Shown here: positions 25,967-37,221 of the stretch, piece after piece | Numbering within the stretch: the stretch's first letter is position 1 | Layout: each line of letters opens with the position of its first letter | Source of the DNA: Eledone cirrhosa | Lineage: Eukaryota | Direction: 5' to 3' | DNA length: 64,000 nucleotides | Assembly (NCBI GenBank): GCA_964016885.1 | Contig: OZ024743.1 | Location: forward strand, 53,196,001 to 53,260,000 | Program-made: the position numbers and the translations under genes | Notes under the pieces: generated by a model | Seen by the model: only the letters and a program-made list of their open reading frames with translations | What the model was told of the DNA's origin: nothing | The model's database searches: none

Positions 25967-26073
25967 ATAAAACCGTAAAAGACATTTATGAAGAGATTAA
26001 TGCAATGGACCATGACTATAACATTTGGAGTCAAATACACAACCTTGCCTCATCCCTAAAACTAACATATGAT
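25967..26073 (+). CDS. ARHGEF10: ARHGEF10-like exon (KTVKDIYEEINAMDHDYNIWSQIHNLASSLKLTYD)
   Basis: ttttgcag acceptor, GAT|gtaagt donor, phase 1/0; resembles ARHGEF10 LLHDLNVIGQITQLIGNLKGNY. Confidence 0.87.
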
Positions 26074-26688
26074 GTAAGTGGCTGTTCTTTCTCTATATAT
26101 AACACTGTAATTAATGCACAACCTTGCCTCATCCCTCAAACTAACATATGATGTAAGTGGCTGTTCTTTCTCTATATATAACACTGTAATTAATGCACAA
26201 CCTTGCCTCATCCCTCAAACTAACATATGATGTAAGTGGCTGTTCTTTCTCTATATATAACACTGTAATTAATACACAACCTTGCCTCATCCCTCAAACT
26301 AACATATGATGTAAGTGGCTGTTCTTTCTCTATATATAACACTGTAATTAATACACAACCTTGCCTCATCCCTCAAACTAACATATGATGTAAGTGGCTG
26401 TTCTTTCTCTATATATAACACTGTAATTAATACACAACCTTGCCTCATCCCTCAAACTAACATATGATGTAAGTGGCTGTTCTTTCTCTATATATAACAC
26501 TGTAATTAATGCACAACCTTGCCTCATCCCTCAAACTAACATATGATGTAAGTGGCTGTTCTTTCTCTATATATAAGACTGTAATTAATACACAACCTTG
26601 CCTCATCCCTCAAACTAACATATGATGTAAGTGGCTGTTCTTTCTCTATATATAACACTGTAATTAATGCACAACCTTGCCTCATCCT
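26034..26688. repeat. 79-bp tandem array containing the exon 3' end and splice donor (about 8.3 copies)
   Basis: GAT|gtaagt recurs at 26074, 26153, 26232, 26311, 26390, 26469, 26548 and 26627. Confidence 0.97.
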
Positions 26689-26894
26689 TCCTGTAGACAT
26701 TTGGAGGCAATTTAAATATTTGGGCGACGAGAGTCCTTCTAAATTTTACATTATATTTTTTAACACCAAATATGTTTTTATATTAAGGGGCTCATGATGT
26801 TTTTGGGTGTCATAATAATAGAGCTTTGAGCAAAAAAAAAAAAAAAGGTTTGTAACTACTGGCTTATAAGTAATTATCTTTCACTATATAATCA

Positions 26895-27850
26895 GGGTGG
26901 TGGATTGGCAGTATCAGTAGAGGGTCGGACGCCATGCTAGGGTGGTGGATTGGCAGTATCAGTAGAGGGTCGGACGCCATGCTAGGACAGTGGATTAGCA
27001 GTATCAGTAGAGGGTCGGACGCCATGCTAGGGTGGTGGATTGGCAGTATCAGTAGAGGGTCGGATGCCATGCTAGGGTGGTGGATTGGCAGTATCAGTAG
27101 AGGGTCGGACGCCATGCTAGGACAGTGGATTAGCAGTATCGGTAGAGGGTCGGACGCCATGCTAGGGTGGTGGATTGGCAGTATCAGTAGAGGGTCGGAC
27201 GCCATGCTAGGGTGGTGGATTGGCAGTATCGGTAGAGGGTTGGACGCCATGCTAGGGTGGTGGATTGGCAGTATCAGTAGAGGGTCGGACGCCATGCTAG
27301 GACAGTGGATTAGCAGTATCGGTAGAGGGTTGGACGCCATGCTAGGGTGGTGGATTGGCAGTATCAGTAGAGGGTCGGACGCCATGCTAGGGTGGTGGAT
27401 TGGCAGTATCGGTAGAGGGTTGGACGCCATGCTAGGGTGGTGAATTGGCAGTATCGGTAGAGGGTTGGACGCCATGCTAGGGTGGTGGATTGGCAGTATC
27501 AGTAGAGGGTTGGACGCCATGCTAGGGTGGTGAATTGGCAGTATCGGTAGAGGGTTGGACGCCATGCTAGGGTGGTGGATTGGCAGTATCAGTAGAGGGT
27601 CGGACGCCATGCTAGGACAGTGGATTAGCAGTATCGGTAGAGGGTTGGACGCCATGCTAGGGTGGTGGATTGGCAGTATCAGTAGAGGGTCGGACGCCAT
27701 GCTTTGCAGCATAATAGAGTTACGGCTCTTTATGATCTGAGTCAAATCCCGCCGAGGTTAACTTTGCCTTTCATCCTTACGGGGTCGATAAAATAAAGTA
27801 CCAGTAATACACTGGGATAATTGCTGGCCTTGTGCCAAAAGTAGAAACAA
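26895..27850 (+). mobile_element. SINE whose 45-bp 5' head is tandemly amplified about 18 times
   Basis: Unit gggtggtggattggcagtatcagtagagggtcggacgccatgcta; the last unit continues into a complete SINE body (27660-27850). Confidence 0.9.
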
Positions 27851-28400
27851 CTATATAATCATAACTGTTACTTGCAATCAAATAGGACTTAGTAATATTT
27901 ACCATGCCATTGCATTGCTAAGAATTTTAGGTGGTAATGTAATCCTGAGCAGGCACATACACTCTCTTGACACTTCCTCCTTTGGTCCAGGATGTGACAG
28001 ACGGAGAGAGGGCCACACCAGCATTGTGGTGTTACATTTGTTATTGACTGCAAAAGGATGAAAGTCAAAATGGACCCTGACAGGATTTGAACTCAGATTG
28101 CAGAGACCCAGAAAAAATATCCAACACTCTAGCATTGAATAAAGTATATAACCTTGTCTCACATATGTTGTCACATGTTGTAGGTGACTGTCTTTCCTTG
28201 TATAACACTGAACCTGGTAAAATGTGATTTGAGGAAGATTTGGCTGCTATCTTCTGCTAGGAAGATTAATCTGATCAGCTCATTTTCTCTGCAAAGGAGT
28301 TACAATCAATAGATTGTATCAGTAATGGGGAGCATTGTTTGCTTGGTTTGATCTGTTGATTAGTTCCTTTCTTCTGTTAGATGTTGTGACCAGCAGATAA

Positions 28401-28884
28401 TCTAAACTATAATAAAGTAAGGAGTGCAGGACTGCGTACGGTTTATAATTTTTCATCCCATTAGTAAAATAAGTTGGATTACTTTGAATAAATAATGAAT
28501 GAATATTACATAATTTATCTACTAAATTTCGTGGCTGTTGATTAAATATATTTTATTGTTTATTTTAAGATTCACTTTTTTTAAATTTTCAAATGTCAAC
28601 ACTTCCGGTTAGTGATCGCTTAAAAAAACATTTATATATTTCCGTCACTAATTTTCTCCTAATGCAGTTTATATATAATATCGTCTGTTTTTAATGTATC
28701 ATGGATTACATTACTGATTACATAAGACAGTGTAACGCAGTCTTCGTTCAATTTGTGTGGATATTGTCAATTACGATTTTATTTGATGTATCATATCTAC
28801 ATGGATATATATACCTGCGTACAATATCAATATACACACTACACATGCTAGCAGAAAACCACCCAAGGGATGGTTTTCTGCTAG
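28401..28884 (+). mobile_element. Non-autonomous Helitron-like element
   Basis: 5' A|TCTAAACTATAATAAAG; 3' hairpin ctagcagaaaacca..tggttttctgCTAG|T; inserted between A and T; further copies at 43766-44054 and 56385-56898. Confidence 0.75.
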
Positions 28885-29187
28885 TACCAGTAATGGGTTG
28901 ACCAATGACAACATTGTTTCCTTGGTTTGATCTGTTGATTGGTTCCTTTTGACTGCTATACCAAGCAGGCCAGTCATCCACATTTTGGCTCACCATATTG
29001 TTGTTGTTTGTTTTGATGATGTTGATGATGATGATTATGATGTATTTTACTACTGTATCCATGACTACCTACTCTCTCTTTATTCTTTTCAACCCAAGTC
29101 TCCTGTTTTGAGGTTGTTTCTGTTTGTTTGTCCTTGGAGACCTGAGATATGGTATATGGAACTACTTTCCCTCCCCTTCCACATAAC

Positions 29188-29223
<36 letters not shown>

Positions 29224-29513
29224 ACACTCTCTCTCTCCCTTTCACACACACATACTCTCTCACTCACATATCCACTCCCTCTTTCTCTCTCCCCACTCCT
29301 CTCTTTCTTTCACACACACACACACACCCTCTCCCACACACACACCCTCTCACACTCACACCCTCTCACACTCACACACACTCCCCCCCCCCCACACACA
29401 CTCTCTTTCACATATGCATACTAACACAAAACATGCACATATACACCACCACAACCCACTCTCTCACACACATCTTGACCCACTCTCTCTCTCATATAAA
29501 CACTCACTTTCTC

Positions 29514-29574
<61 letters not shown>

Positions 29575-29661
29575 TATATATATATCCCCTAGTTGTTCTT
29601 GTTAAGTCAGTCAGAAACCATTAAATGATAGTTGTTATTATGTATCTATGTTCTCCACCAG

Positions 29662-29780
29662 GTCCTCAATGAAGACCTCATCAATGGTATATTGGGTGAC
29701 CTCCAGCGCCAAATTCAGGTCCAGAATGAACAAGTCCAACTTCTTAACAGCTGTATAATAGAATTTGAAATTCCTGACAA
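29662..29780 (+). CDS. ARHGEF10: ARHGEF10-like exon (VLNEDLINGILGDLQRQIQVQNEQVQLLNSCIIEFEIPD)
   Basis: ccaccag acceptor, AA|gtaggt donor, phase 0/2. Confidence 0.85.
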
Positions 29781-29956
29781 GTAGGTCAAAAGTTTTTTAG
29801 TTCTTTGGAGATTGGCAAGTGACTTGATCTGAGACTTAAAACTAACGTAATATAATATATATATATAACGAAGGAAGTGTGGTAAGGAACCAGGTCGACC
29901 ATAACGCACCAGAGTACTCGATACTTGAGCTCTGCCATCGGGGGCCTGACTCTTTT

Positions 29957-30003
<47 letters not shown>

Positions 30004-30351
30004 TAATAAAAACAATGAAATAAAATAAAAACAAAGAACAAGTTCCTTATATTTAAAAATTCATCATTTTACGATCGTTTCTAGGATGTATATGTGTGTT
30101 GGTATGTATATCCTATAGATCTATGTAAAAATATTACACATTATCAGAGGAAATATACATACCTTCACATATACATGCTGTTTTCCTATGACTTTTATTG
30201 AAAATTTTTGAATGCATCTTCTCTTTTCATGATATTTGGATTACATTGAGTTCTTCATACGGATTGGACACTACCGTATATTTTGGTAGATTTATCTACA
30301 TATATATATATTATCTACATATATATATATTATCTATATATATATATTATC

Positions 30352-30389
<38 letters not shown>

Positions 30390-30394
30390 TATAT

Positions 30395-31057
30395 ATCATC
30401 ATCATCATCATCATCATCGTTTACTGTCCATCTTCCACGCTACCATGGGTCTGGACAGGAATTGTCCCACTTGAGGAAAGATTGGTTGTCTTGCTCAGGA
30501 CTGTCTGGTGGGTTTTCTACGGCTGGATGCCCTTCCTAACACCAACCACGTTTACAGTGTGGACTGGGAGGTTTTTACCGTGTTACCTACACGGCCACAT
30601 TACAGCATGGACTATGTGTTTTTTTTGCATGACACCTACACGACCTCATTTATTTAGGACTGGATGTTGTGGTACCAACATAACTTTACAGAGAAAGGGA
30701 CGGTGTGGATGGGGGTGGGGGTAGGGGTAGTGGGATGGGGGTGTATTTTGGTTAAGAGGTGCCTACTGACTGTAGGTTTCGCTTTGTACTTAGACAAGGC
30801 GGGTCTTCTGTATTACTGCGTAGCGCCAAAGATCTCAGTCCAGTAACATTGTCTTGGAGTGGTGTAAGTGTGTCAGGTCGGAATTTATCAAGTCGTCCCA
30901 GGTTTTTCCAGGTCTGCCTACTCCGTAGCTACCGTCTATTTTGATCGCCCTGCAATTTTTATACAGCTGTCGTCTTTCATGCGCATCAATGACCATACCA
31001 ACGTAGTCTTCTCTCAAGTAAACACCATCTGATCCCTCTTATTCCTAATTTCTCACT
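30395..31057 (-). mobile_element. 3' fragment of an RTE-clade LINE
   Basis: Highly similar to 31324-32095; encodes ..GVGRPGKTWDDLINSDL..; (GAT)n tail. Confidence 0.85.
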
Positions 31058-31094
31058 TATGTTCATATATGCATATATATATATATGCATATGT

Positions 31095-31165
31095 GATGTG
31101 TTGGTGTAATGGTAGCACAGTGGTCTGGATAACCAAAAATGTGGGTTCGACTCCCATGTATGTCA
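31095..31165 (+). pseudogene. tRNA-like cloverleaf (pseudo-tRNA or SINE head), anticodon position GGA
   Basis: D arm GTGT-AATGGTA-GCAC, anticodon arm TGGT-CTGGATA-ACCA, T arm GTGGG-TTCGACT-CCCAT, G.U-rich acceptor stem, downstream TTTTT. Confidence 0.5.
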
Positions 31166-31323
31166 ATACTTATCTTTTTCCATTTCTCCGAGGGTTCTTA
31201 ACCCCACTATCAGGCTAAATAATTTTCTTTAATTTCTCTAGTCAAAATACAGCGATAGCTTACATTTATAATAATTTCAAACCCGCTCGGTGTTTCGAAA
31301 ATATTCTTACTTATATATATATA

Positions 31324-33180
31324 TCATCATCATCATCATCATCAACGTTTAACGTCCGTGTTCCACGCTTGCATGGGTTTGGACGGGAGTTTTCCCACTT
31401 GAGGCAAGAGTGATTGTCTTGCTCGCATAGGACTGTCTGGCGGGTTTTCTACAGTTGGATGCCCTTCCTAACACCAACCACATTTACAGTGTGGGGCTGG
31501 GAGGTTTTTACTGTGTTGCCTACACGGCCACATTACAGCGTGGACTGTCTGGCGGGTTTTCTACAGCTGGATGCCCTTCCTAACACCAACCACATTTACA
31601 GTGTGGGACTGGGAGGTTTTTACCGTGTTGCCTACACGGCCACATTACAGCGTGGACTGTGTGTTTTTTGTCGTGACACCTACACGATCTCATTTGTTTC
31701 GGCCTGGATGTTGTGGCACCAACATAACTTTACATTGAAGGGGCGGTGTGGATGGGGTGGGGGTGGTGGGACGGGGGTGTATTTTGTTAGAGATGCCTAC
31801 TGGCTGTAGTAGGTTTTACTTTGTATTTAGGTAAGGTGGGTCTTCTCTATTACTGAGTACCGCCAAAGGTCTCGGTCCAGTGACATTGTCTTGGAGAGGT
31901 GTAAGTGTGTGAGGTCAGAATTTATCAGCTCGTCCCAGGTTTTTCTGGGTCTGCCTACTCCGTAGCTACCGTCTATCTTTATTGCCCTGCACTTTGTTAT
32001 ACAGCTGTCGTCTTTCATGCGCATCACGTGACCATACCAACGTAGCCTTCTCTCGAGTAAACAACATCTGATCCCTCTTATTTCTAATTTTTTTCCTTAG
32101 TTCGCTTATGCTTTGCCGTTCACGTATGTTACTATTACACATCCAGCGGAGCATGCAAGCTTCGTTCCTCTCTAGTCTGCGTATATCCTCTGCACGCAAT
32201 GCCCAGGTCTCACTGCCATGCAACATTGCTGTTCGTATGCAGGCATCATACAACCTGCCTTTCATTCTTAGGGAGAACCCTTTAGCGGCTAATAGTGGTA
32301 TAAGCTCTCTGAACTTTTTCCAACCAGTTCTGACTCTAGCTACTGTACTTTCAGAGCACCCTCCCCCACTGCTGATTTTGTCGCCCAGGTAACGGAAGCT
32401 GTCCACTATTTCTATAGAACCCTCTGCGCAATTGAAAGAGCTAGTATTTTGTGGGCACTTGCTGCTACTTATTGCACCAGAGCACCGGCCACATGTAAAA
32501 TCTATGTTCTTAGTTAGCTTACCTATGATCCCACTACATCTTTTATGCACCCATACTTTGCATTTGGGACATAAAATAGAGTTTCTACCTACACCTTTCC
32601 TACACACTGAGCATGGCCATTTCCCGGAAGGGACCGGCACCTTATTGTCTTTCCTACAAACTAGAACTTTAGTCTTAGCCAGGTTAATTTTAAGGCCTTT
32701 TGATTCTAGGCCGTGCTTCCATGTTTGGAATTTCTTCTCTAGCTCGGCCATTGATTCAGCTATGAGCGTTAGATCATCTGCGTATAGGAGTTCCCATGAG
32801 CAGCCGGTCTTGAACTCCTCTGTTATAGCCTGAAGGGCAATAATAAATAGTAGGGGGCTAAGAACAGAGCCCTGATGGACACCAACTTTTACGCTAAACT
32901 CTTCACTATATTCGTTGTTAATTCTAACCTTGCTGACTGTTTCTTTATACATGGCTTGTATAGCTCTCACAAGCCATTCGTCAACACCTAGTTTTCTAAG
33001 AGCCCACCAGACAATGGAACGGGGACTCTGTCGAAGGCTTTCTCCAAGTCAACAAAAGCTAAGTATAGGGGTTTACTTTTAGCTAGGTACTTCTCCTGTA
33101 GTTGTCGTACAATAAAAAGAGCGTCTGTGGTACTTTTGCCTGACACAAACCCGAACTGCATTTCATCTAGATCAATTATC
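31324..33180 (-). mobile_element. 5'-truncated RTE-clade LINE (RT with inserted Cys/His finger), frameshifted
   Basis: QFGF, FVDLEKAFDRVP, GVHQGSVLSPLLF, LLYADDL, FRYLG, MLHGSETW and GRPRKTW motifs; 3' UTR and (GAT)n tail. Confidence 0.93.
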
Positions 33181-33227
33181 TATATATATATATATATATA
33201 ATCATATATATATATATATATATATAT

Positions 33228-33332
33228 ATAGGAACAAGTAAGACCCCGACGGCTGAGCTCAAGCCGTTTCGACGACTAATTCAGCCGTCGAAACGGCTTG
33301 AGCTCAGCCGTCAGGGTCTTACTTGTTCCTAT
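33228..33332. repeat. Near-perfect GC-rich palindrome (about 47-bp arms, 11-nt loop)
   Basis: ataggaacaagtaagaccc.gacggctgagctcaagccgtttcgacg-actaattcagc-cgtcgaaacggcttgagctcagccgtc.gggtcttacttgttcctat. Confidence 0.9.
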
Positions 33333-33465
33333 TGCCCACTCTACTACCCTAAGTATTGAGTACTTTGGTGCGTTATGGTCCACCTGGTTCCTTACCACAT
33401 TTCCTTCGTTTTATATATATATATATATATATATGCATATATATATATATATATGAATATATATA

Positions 33466-33519
<54 letters not shown>

Positions 33520-33607
33520 TATATATATATATATTTATATATATATGCATATATATATATATATAAGCATATATATATATATGTATATTCATATATATAT
33601 ATATATA

Positions 33608-33650
<43 letters not shown>

Positions 33651-33830
33651 TAAGGTAATGGATTCTTTTACAATGGAATTAGCTCGAAGGAGGAAAATAC
33701 CCACTGAGCCGTGTATAAACTAATATGTATGTGATTTACTCGTTTTATTTACAATCCTTTAAAATATATATAATATAATATGGTATTATAATGAAATAGT
33801 ATGATAGAATATTAAATTCCAAGTGTTAAT

Positions 33831-33869
33831 TGAACAAGTACTTTCATGCTTTCGCAATCTTCAGGTTCA
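33831..33869 (-). ncRNA. Antisense copy of the same hammerhead motif in the inverted arm
   Basis: Reverse complement of 35405-35443. Confidence 0.7.
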
Positions 33870-33896
33870 TGATATGTGGTGACAGTCGAGTTTGCA

Positions 33897-35033
33897 ATGG
33901 GATACTTAGAACAACAACTCTACCAAGAAATAGAGGAAAAATATAGTACTGACTTTAGAAAGTACATTGAAAAATCTTGGAAGAGATACCTTGATGACTG
34001 TTTCATCATCTGGACAGAATCTCTAGATACTCTGGATGAGTTCAATATCCTCCTGAATAACCTAGACCCATCTCTCCAATTCACAAAAGAGATGAGTAGG
34101 ACCAAATTACCATTCCTAGATATAATGATAATCAAAAACGACACCACCATTACCACGGATATATATTATAAACACACAGACACCCATCAATATCTGAATT
34201 TTAAGTCGTGCCATCCACCTCATACAAAACGCAACATCCCATACTGCCTAGCCAGAAGAATTTGTACCATTGTAGAAGATACGAATACCAGGTACAAACG
34301 CCTAACAGAACTAAGAGAATTTTTGCTCAAACAAAAATACCCATCTCTACTTATAGAAAATGGCATACAGCGGGCTATAAAAATACCTATACAACAACTT
34401 AGAACAACCCAAGGAAGAAGAAACCAAGAACTGGTCATACCATTTATAATGACACACAACCCATGTCACCAGAATATATTCAACACTGCCAAAGCAAACC
34501 TACCGATCATTGCTCAAAGTAATGAATTAAAAGGCTTAATCACAGATCGATCTTTGACTCTTAGTAAAAGACAGCCAAAAAATTTGAAGCAATTGCTAAC
34601 AAAAGCAAAGTTTGACCTTAACAACAAAGACCAATCATTCACTGTATCTAAATGCAATGATAATCGATGCGGCACATGTCAATCCATACACGCCGGTCAA
34701 TATATGAAAACAAAAACTGGAAAAATATTCCCAAATGCAAATATGAACTGCAAAAGCAGAAATCTAATTTACTGCATTAAATGCCCGAATTGTGAAGAAC
34801 TATATGTCGGTCAAACTGGAAATGCACTATCGGAACATGCATGGGTACACCGTCAACAAATCAGAGACCCAAATGTCCGTCAGATACCCCTAAGCGGCCA
34901 CCTGGCAACATGTGGTCAGGGAATATTTATAATATTCCCATTCTACAAATTACACAGCCCAAGTGAAATCAAGAGAAAAATCAAAGAAAAGAATTTTATT
35001 GATAAATTCAAACCCAAGCTAAATGAACAATAA
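33897..35033 (+). CDS. Penelope-like RT C-terminal half + GIY-YIG endonuclease (truncated, uninterrupted frame)
   Basis: ORF 33876..35033. The first codons derive from the inverted arm; homology starts at MGYLE. Confidence 0.8.
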   Translation: MGYLEQQLYQEIEEKYSTDFRKYIEKSWKRYLDDCFIIWTESLDTLDEFNILLNNLDPSLQFTKEMSRTKLPFLDIMIIKNDTTITTDIYYKHTDTHQYLNFKSCHPPHTKRNIPYCLARRICTIVEDTNTRYKRLTELREFLLKQKYPSLLIENGIQRAIKIPIQQLRTTQGRRNQELVIPFIMTHNPCHQNIFNTAKANLPIIAQSNELKGLITDRSLTLSKRQPKNLKQLLTKAKFDLNNKDQSFTVSKCNDNRCGTCQSIHAGQYMKTKTGKIFPNANMNCKSRNLIYCIKCPNCEELYVGQTGNALSEHAWVHRQQIRDPNVRQIPLSGHLATCGQGIFIIFPFYKLHSPSEIKRKIKEKNFIDKFKPKLNEQ

Positions 35034-35404
35034 TAACGCCTAGGGGTATTACTTCTACTACCACTATGACCACGACCACTAACAACAACAACAACAACAA
35101 TAATAATAATAATAAAAGTGTTGTTGATTGTGATGATTAATAGAAAATGCTATTTTCATCATTTCAAAAAGCAAAACAATTGATATGGGTATGACTATTG
35201 GTCGTTAGCATGCTCAACCAGCCGTGACGCTTAAACCAATCAGCTGTAGTAATTCAGTGAAACTACACACTGATTGGTTGAAATACAGTTTACAGGGCTT
35301 TGCATTCCGGAGCCACTTTTCTCTGTATAAAATGTATAAAAGGTAGTAAATTTACCCATCTCATTACAGTTGAAAATTGCAAACTCGACTGTCACCACAT
35401 ATCA

Positions 35405-35443
35405 TGAACCTGAAGATTGCGAAAGCATGAAAGTACTTGTTCA
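35405..35443 (+). ncRNA. Minimal type I hammerhead ribozyme motif in the Penelope pseudo-LTR
   Basis: TGAAC-CTGAAGA-tTGC GAAA GCAt-GAAA-GTAC-TT-GTTCA: stem I TGAAC/GTTCA, core CUGANGA/GAAA, palindromic stem III. Confidence 0.75.
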
Positions 35444-35622
35444 ATTAACACTTAGAATTTAATATTCTATCATACTATTTCATTATAATACCATATTATA
35501 TTATATATATTTTAAAGGATTGTAAATAAAACGAGTAAATCAGACAAAGTTGGAATTCCTCTTATTAATATAATCTTCTATACACAATCATACACACCCG
35601 TGTATATTTACCTATCTATATC

Positions 35623-35653
<31 letters not shown>

Positions 35654-35739
35654 CATATGCATATATATGTATATGTATATATAGATATATATGTATATGC
35701 ATATATATGTATATATATATATAAATATATATGTATATG

Positions 35740-35817
<78 letters not shown>

Positions 35818-36443
35818 CATATACATACATACATAAATATATATATATATTTGTGTTAGTGCTCTAAAATAGCAATGTATATATGAATGTATGTATTATA
35901 TATTTAATAATATACTGTAAGTTTATTTAAAAACATTTTGAAGGCCTTTCACTATGAATTCAAGCTAGTGACTAAAGTCACATACCTAGCTTCAGCAAAA
36001 ACAAAGGGAAATAACCGATGATCGTTTCTCACTGTTTAGTGGTTATTAAGGTTATATATCCCTAATTTTTGCTGTTAGCTGTAGAAGCTGGATTCTTATA
36101 GAATTCCAATTATGATTATGAGCTATTTAAACTCATTAACATACAGAGCAGTTGCCAGCCCAGCAACACTTAAAAATTTGAGCTGGTGTTCTGAAATAGG
36201 GATGTGTATATGAGCATCAACACAAGTTGACAGCCATCTAACCCATTGTAAACGGTGATGATGGGCAAGAGGATGGTCTTTCAATTTAAATAGATGACAA
36301 TCTCTGATCAATAAATTTGTTTATTATTCATTTAAATCAATTATCATATTTTCTTTAATCATTATCAAACATAATTTAATTTTAAATATTTTCTTCTACT
36401 AATTAATCATTGCTATCTAGATTTTGTGTTCGTTTTGTTCCAG

Positions 36444-36535
36444 ATCAGGGAAGGTGCGTGAGGTTTACCAAACACTGACCCCTATAATTAAACAGCATTG
36501 GTGCCTAGACCTGGCCATTGCAAAACTTGCATTAA
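36444..36535 (+). CDS. ARHGEF10: ARHGEF10-like exon (SGKVREVYQTLTPIIKQHWCLDLAIAKLAL)
   Basis: gttccag acceptor, A|gtatgt donor, phase 2/1; TPxIKxxW...AKLAL motif of ARHGEF10. Confidence 0.9.
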
Positions 36536-36592
36536 GTATGTAACCTATTCAGATATCAAACCTTTTACCTCTGTCTTTATTTAATATCAACA

Positions 36593-36671
<79 letters not shown>

Positions 36672-36677
36672 CTCTCT

Positions 36678-36722
<45 letters not shown>

Positions 36723-36781
36723 CTTATCTGCCATTTCTCTGTCTTTTTCTTTTTATTTCTCCCTCTCCTCTCTATATGTCT

Positions 36782-36926
<145 letters not shown>

Positions 36927-37017
36927 ACATGTAAAAGGTAAACAGAAATAACAATACAATTGGTACAGTATATGGAAGGGATATATTAGGTTAACACTTG
37001 CTATAGCAGGAAGGGGG

Positions 37018-37053
37018 TCTTAACGTTTCGGACGCTAGTCCTTCATCAGAAGA
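37018..37053 (-). ncRNA. Minimal hammerhead ribozyme motif (Penelope-type)
   Basis: Minus strand reads TCTT-CTGATGA-aGGAC TAGC GTCC-GAAA-CGTT-AAGA, with palindromic AACGTT stem III. Confidence 0.7.
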
Positions 37054-37221
37054 AAGAATGAGAAATAAGATAGATTGAGGGCATGGGCGGGTTGGAATTG
37101 GAAAAAATGTCTTTAGATAAAAATAACAGGTCCATTCATGTTGACATCTCTTATATATATATATATGTGTAAGTGATTATAATGGAATATTTCACTATTA
37201 ATTTTGGTAAGGTGAGAAAAG

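Larger units (their letters stand above)
33732..35542 (+). mobile_element. Penelope-like retroelement, 5'-truncated, with inverted pseudo-LTR
   Basis: Open RT-GIY-YIG frame (MGYLE, WKRYLDDCFIIW, LPFLD, YLNFKSCHP, NLIYCIKC...YVGQTG, KPKLN); 167-bp inverted arms at 33732-33898 and 35376-35542. Confidence 0.93.

Noticed and set aside
26864-27745. 293-aa and 169-aa repetitive ORFs
   Set aside because: Produced by the 45-bp SINE-head array.
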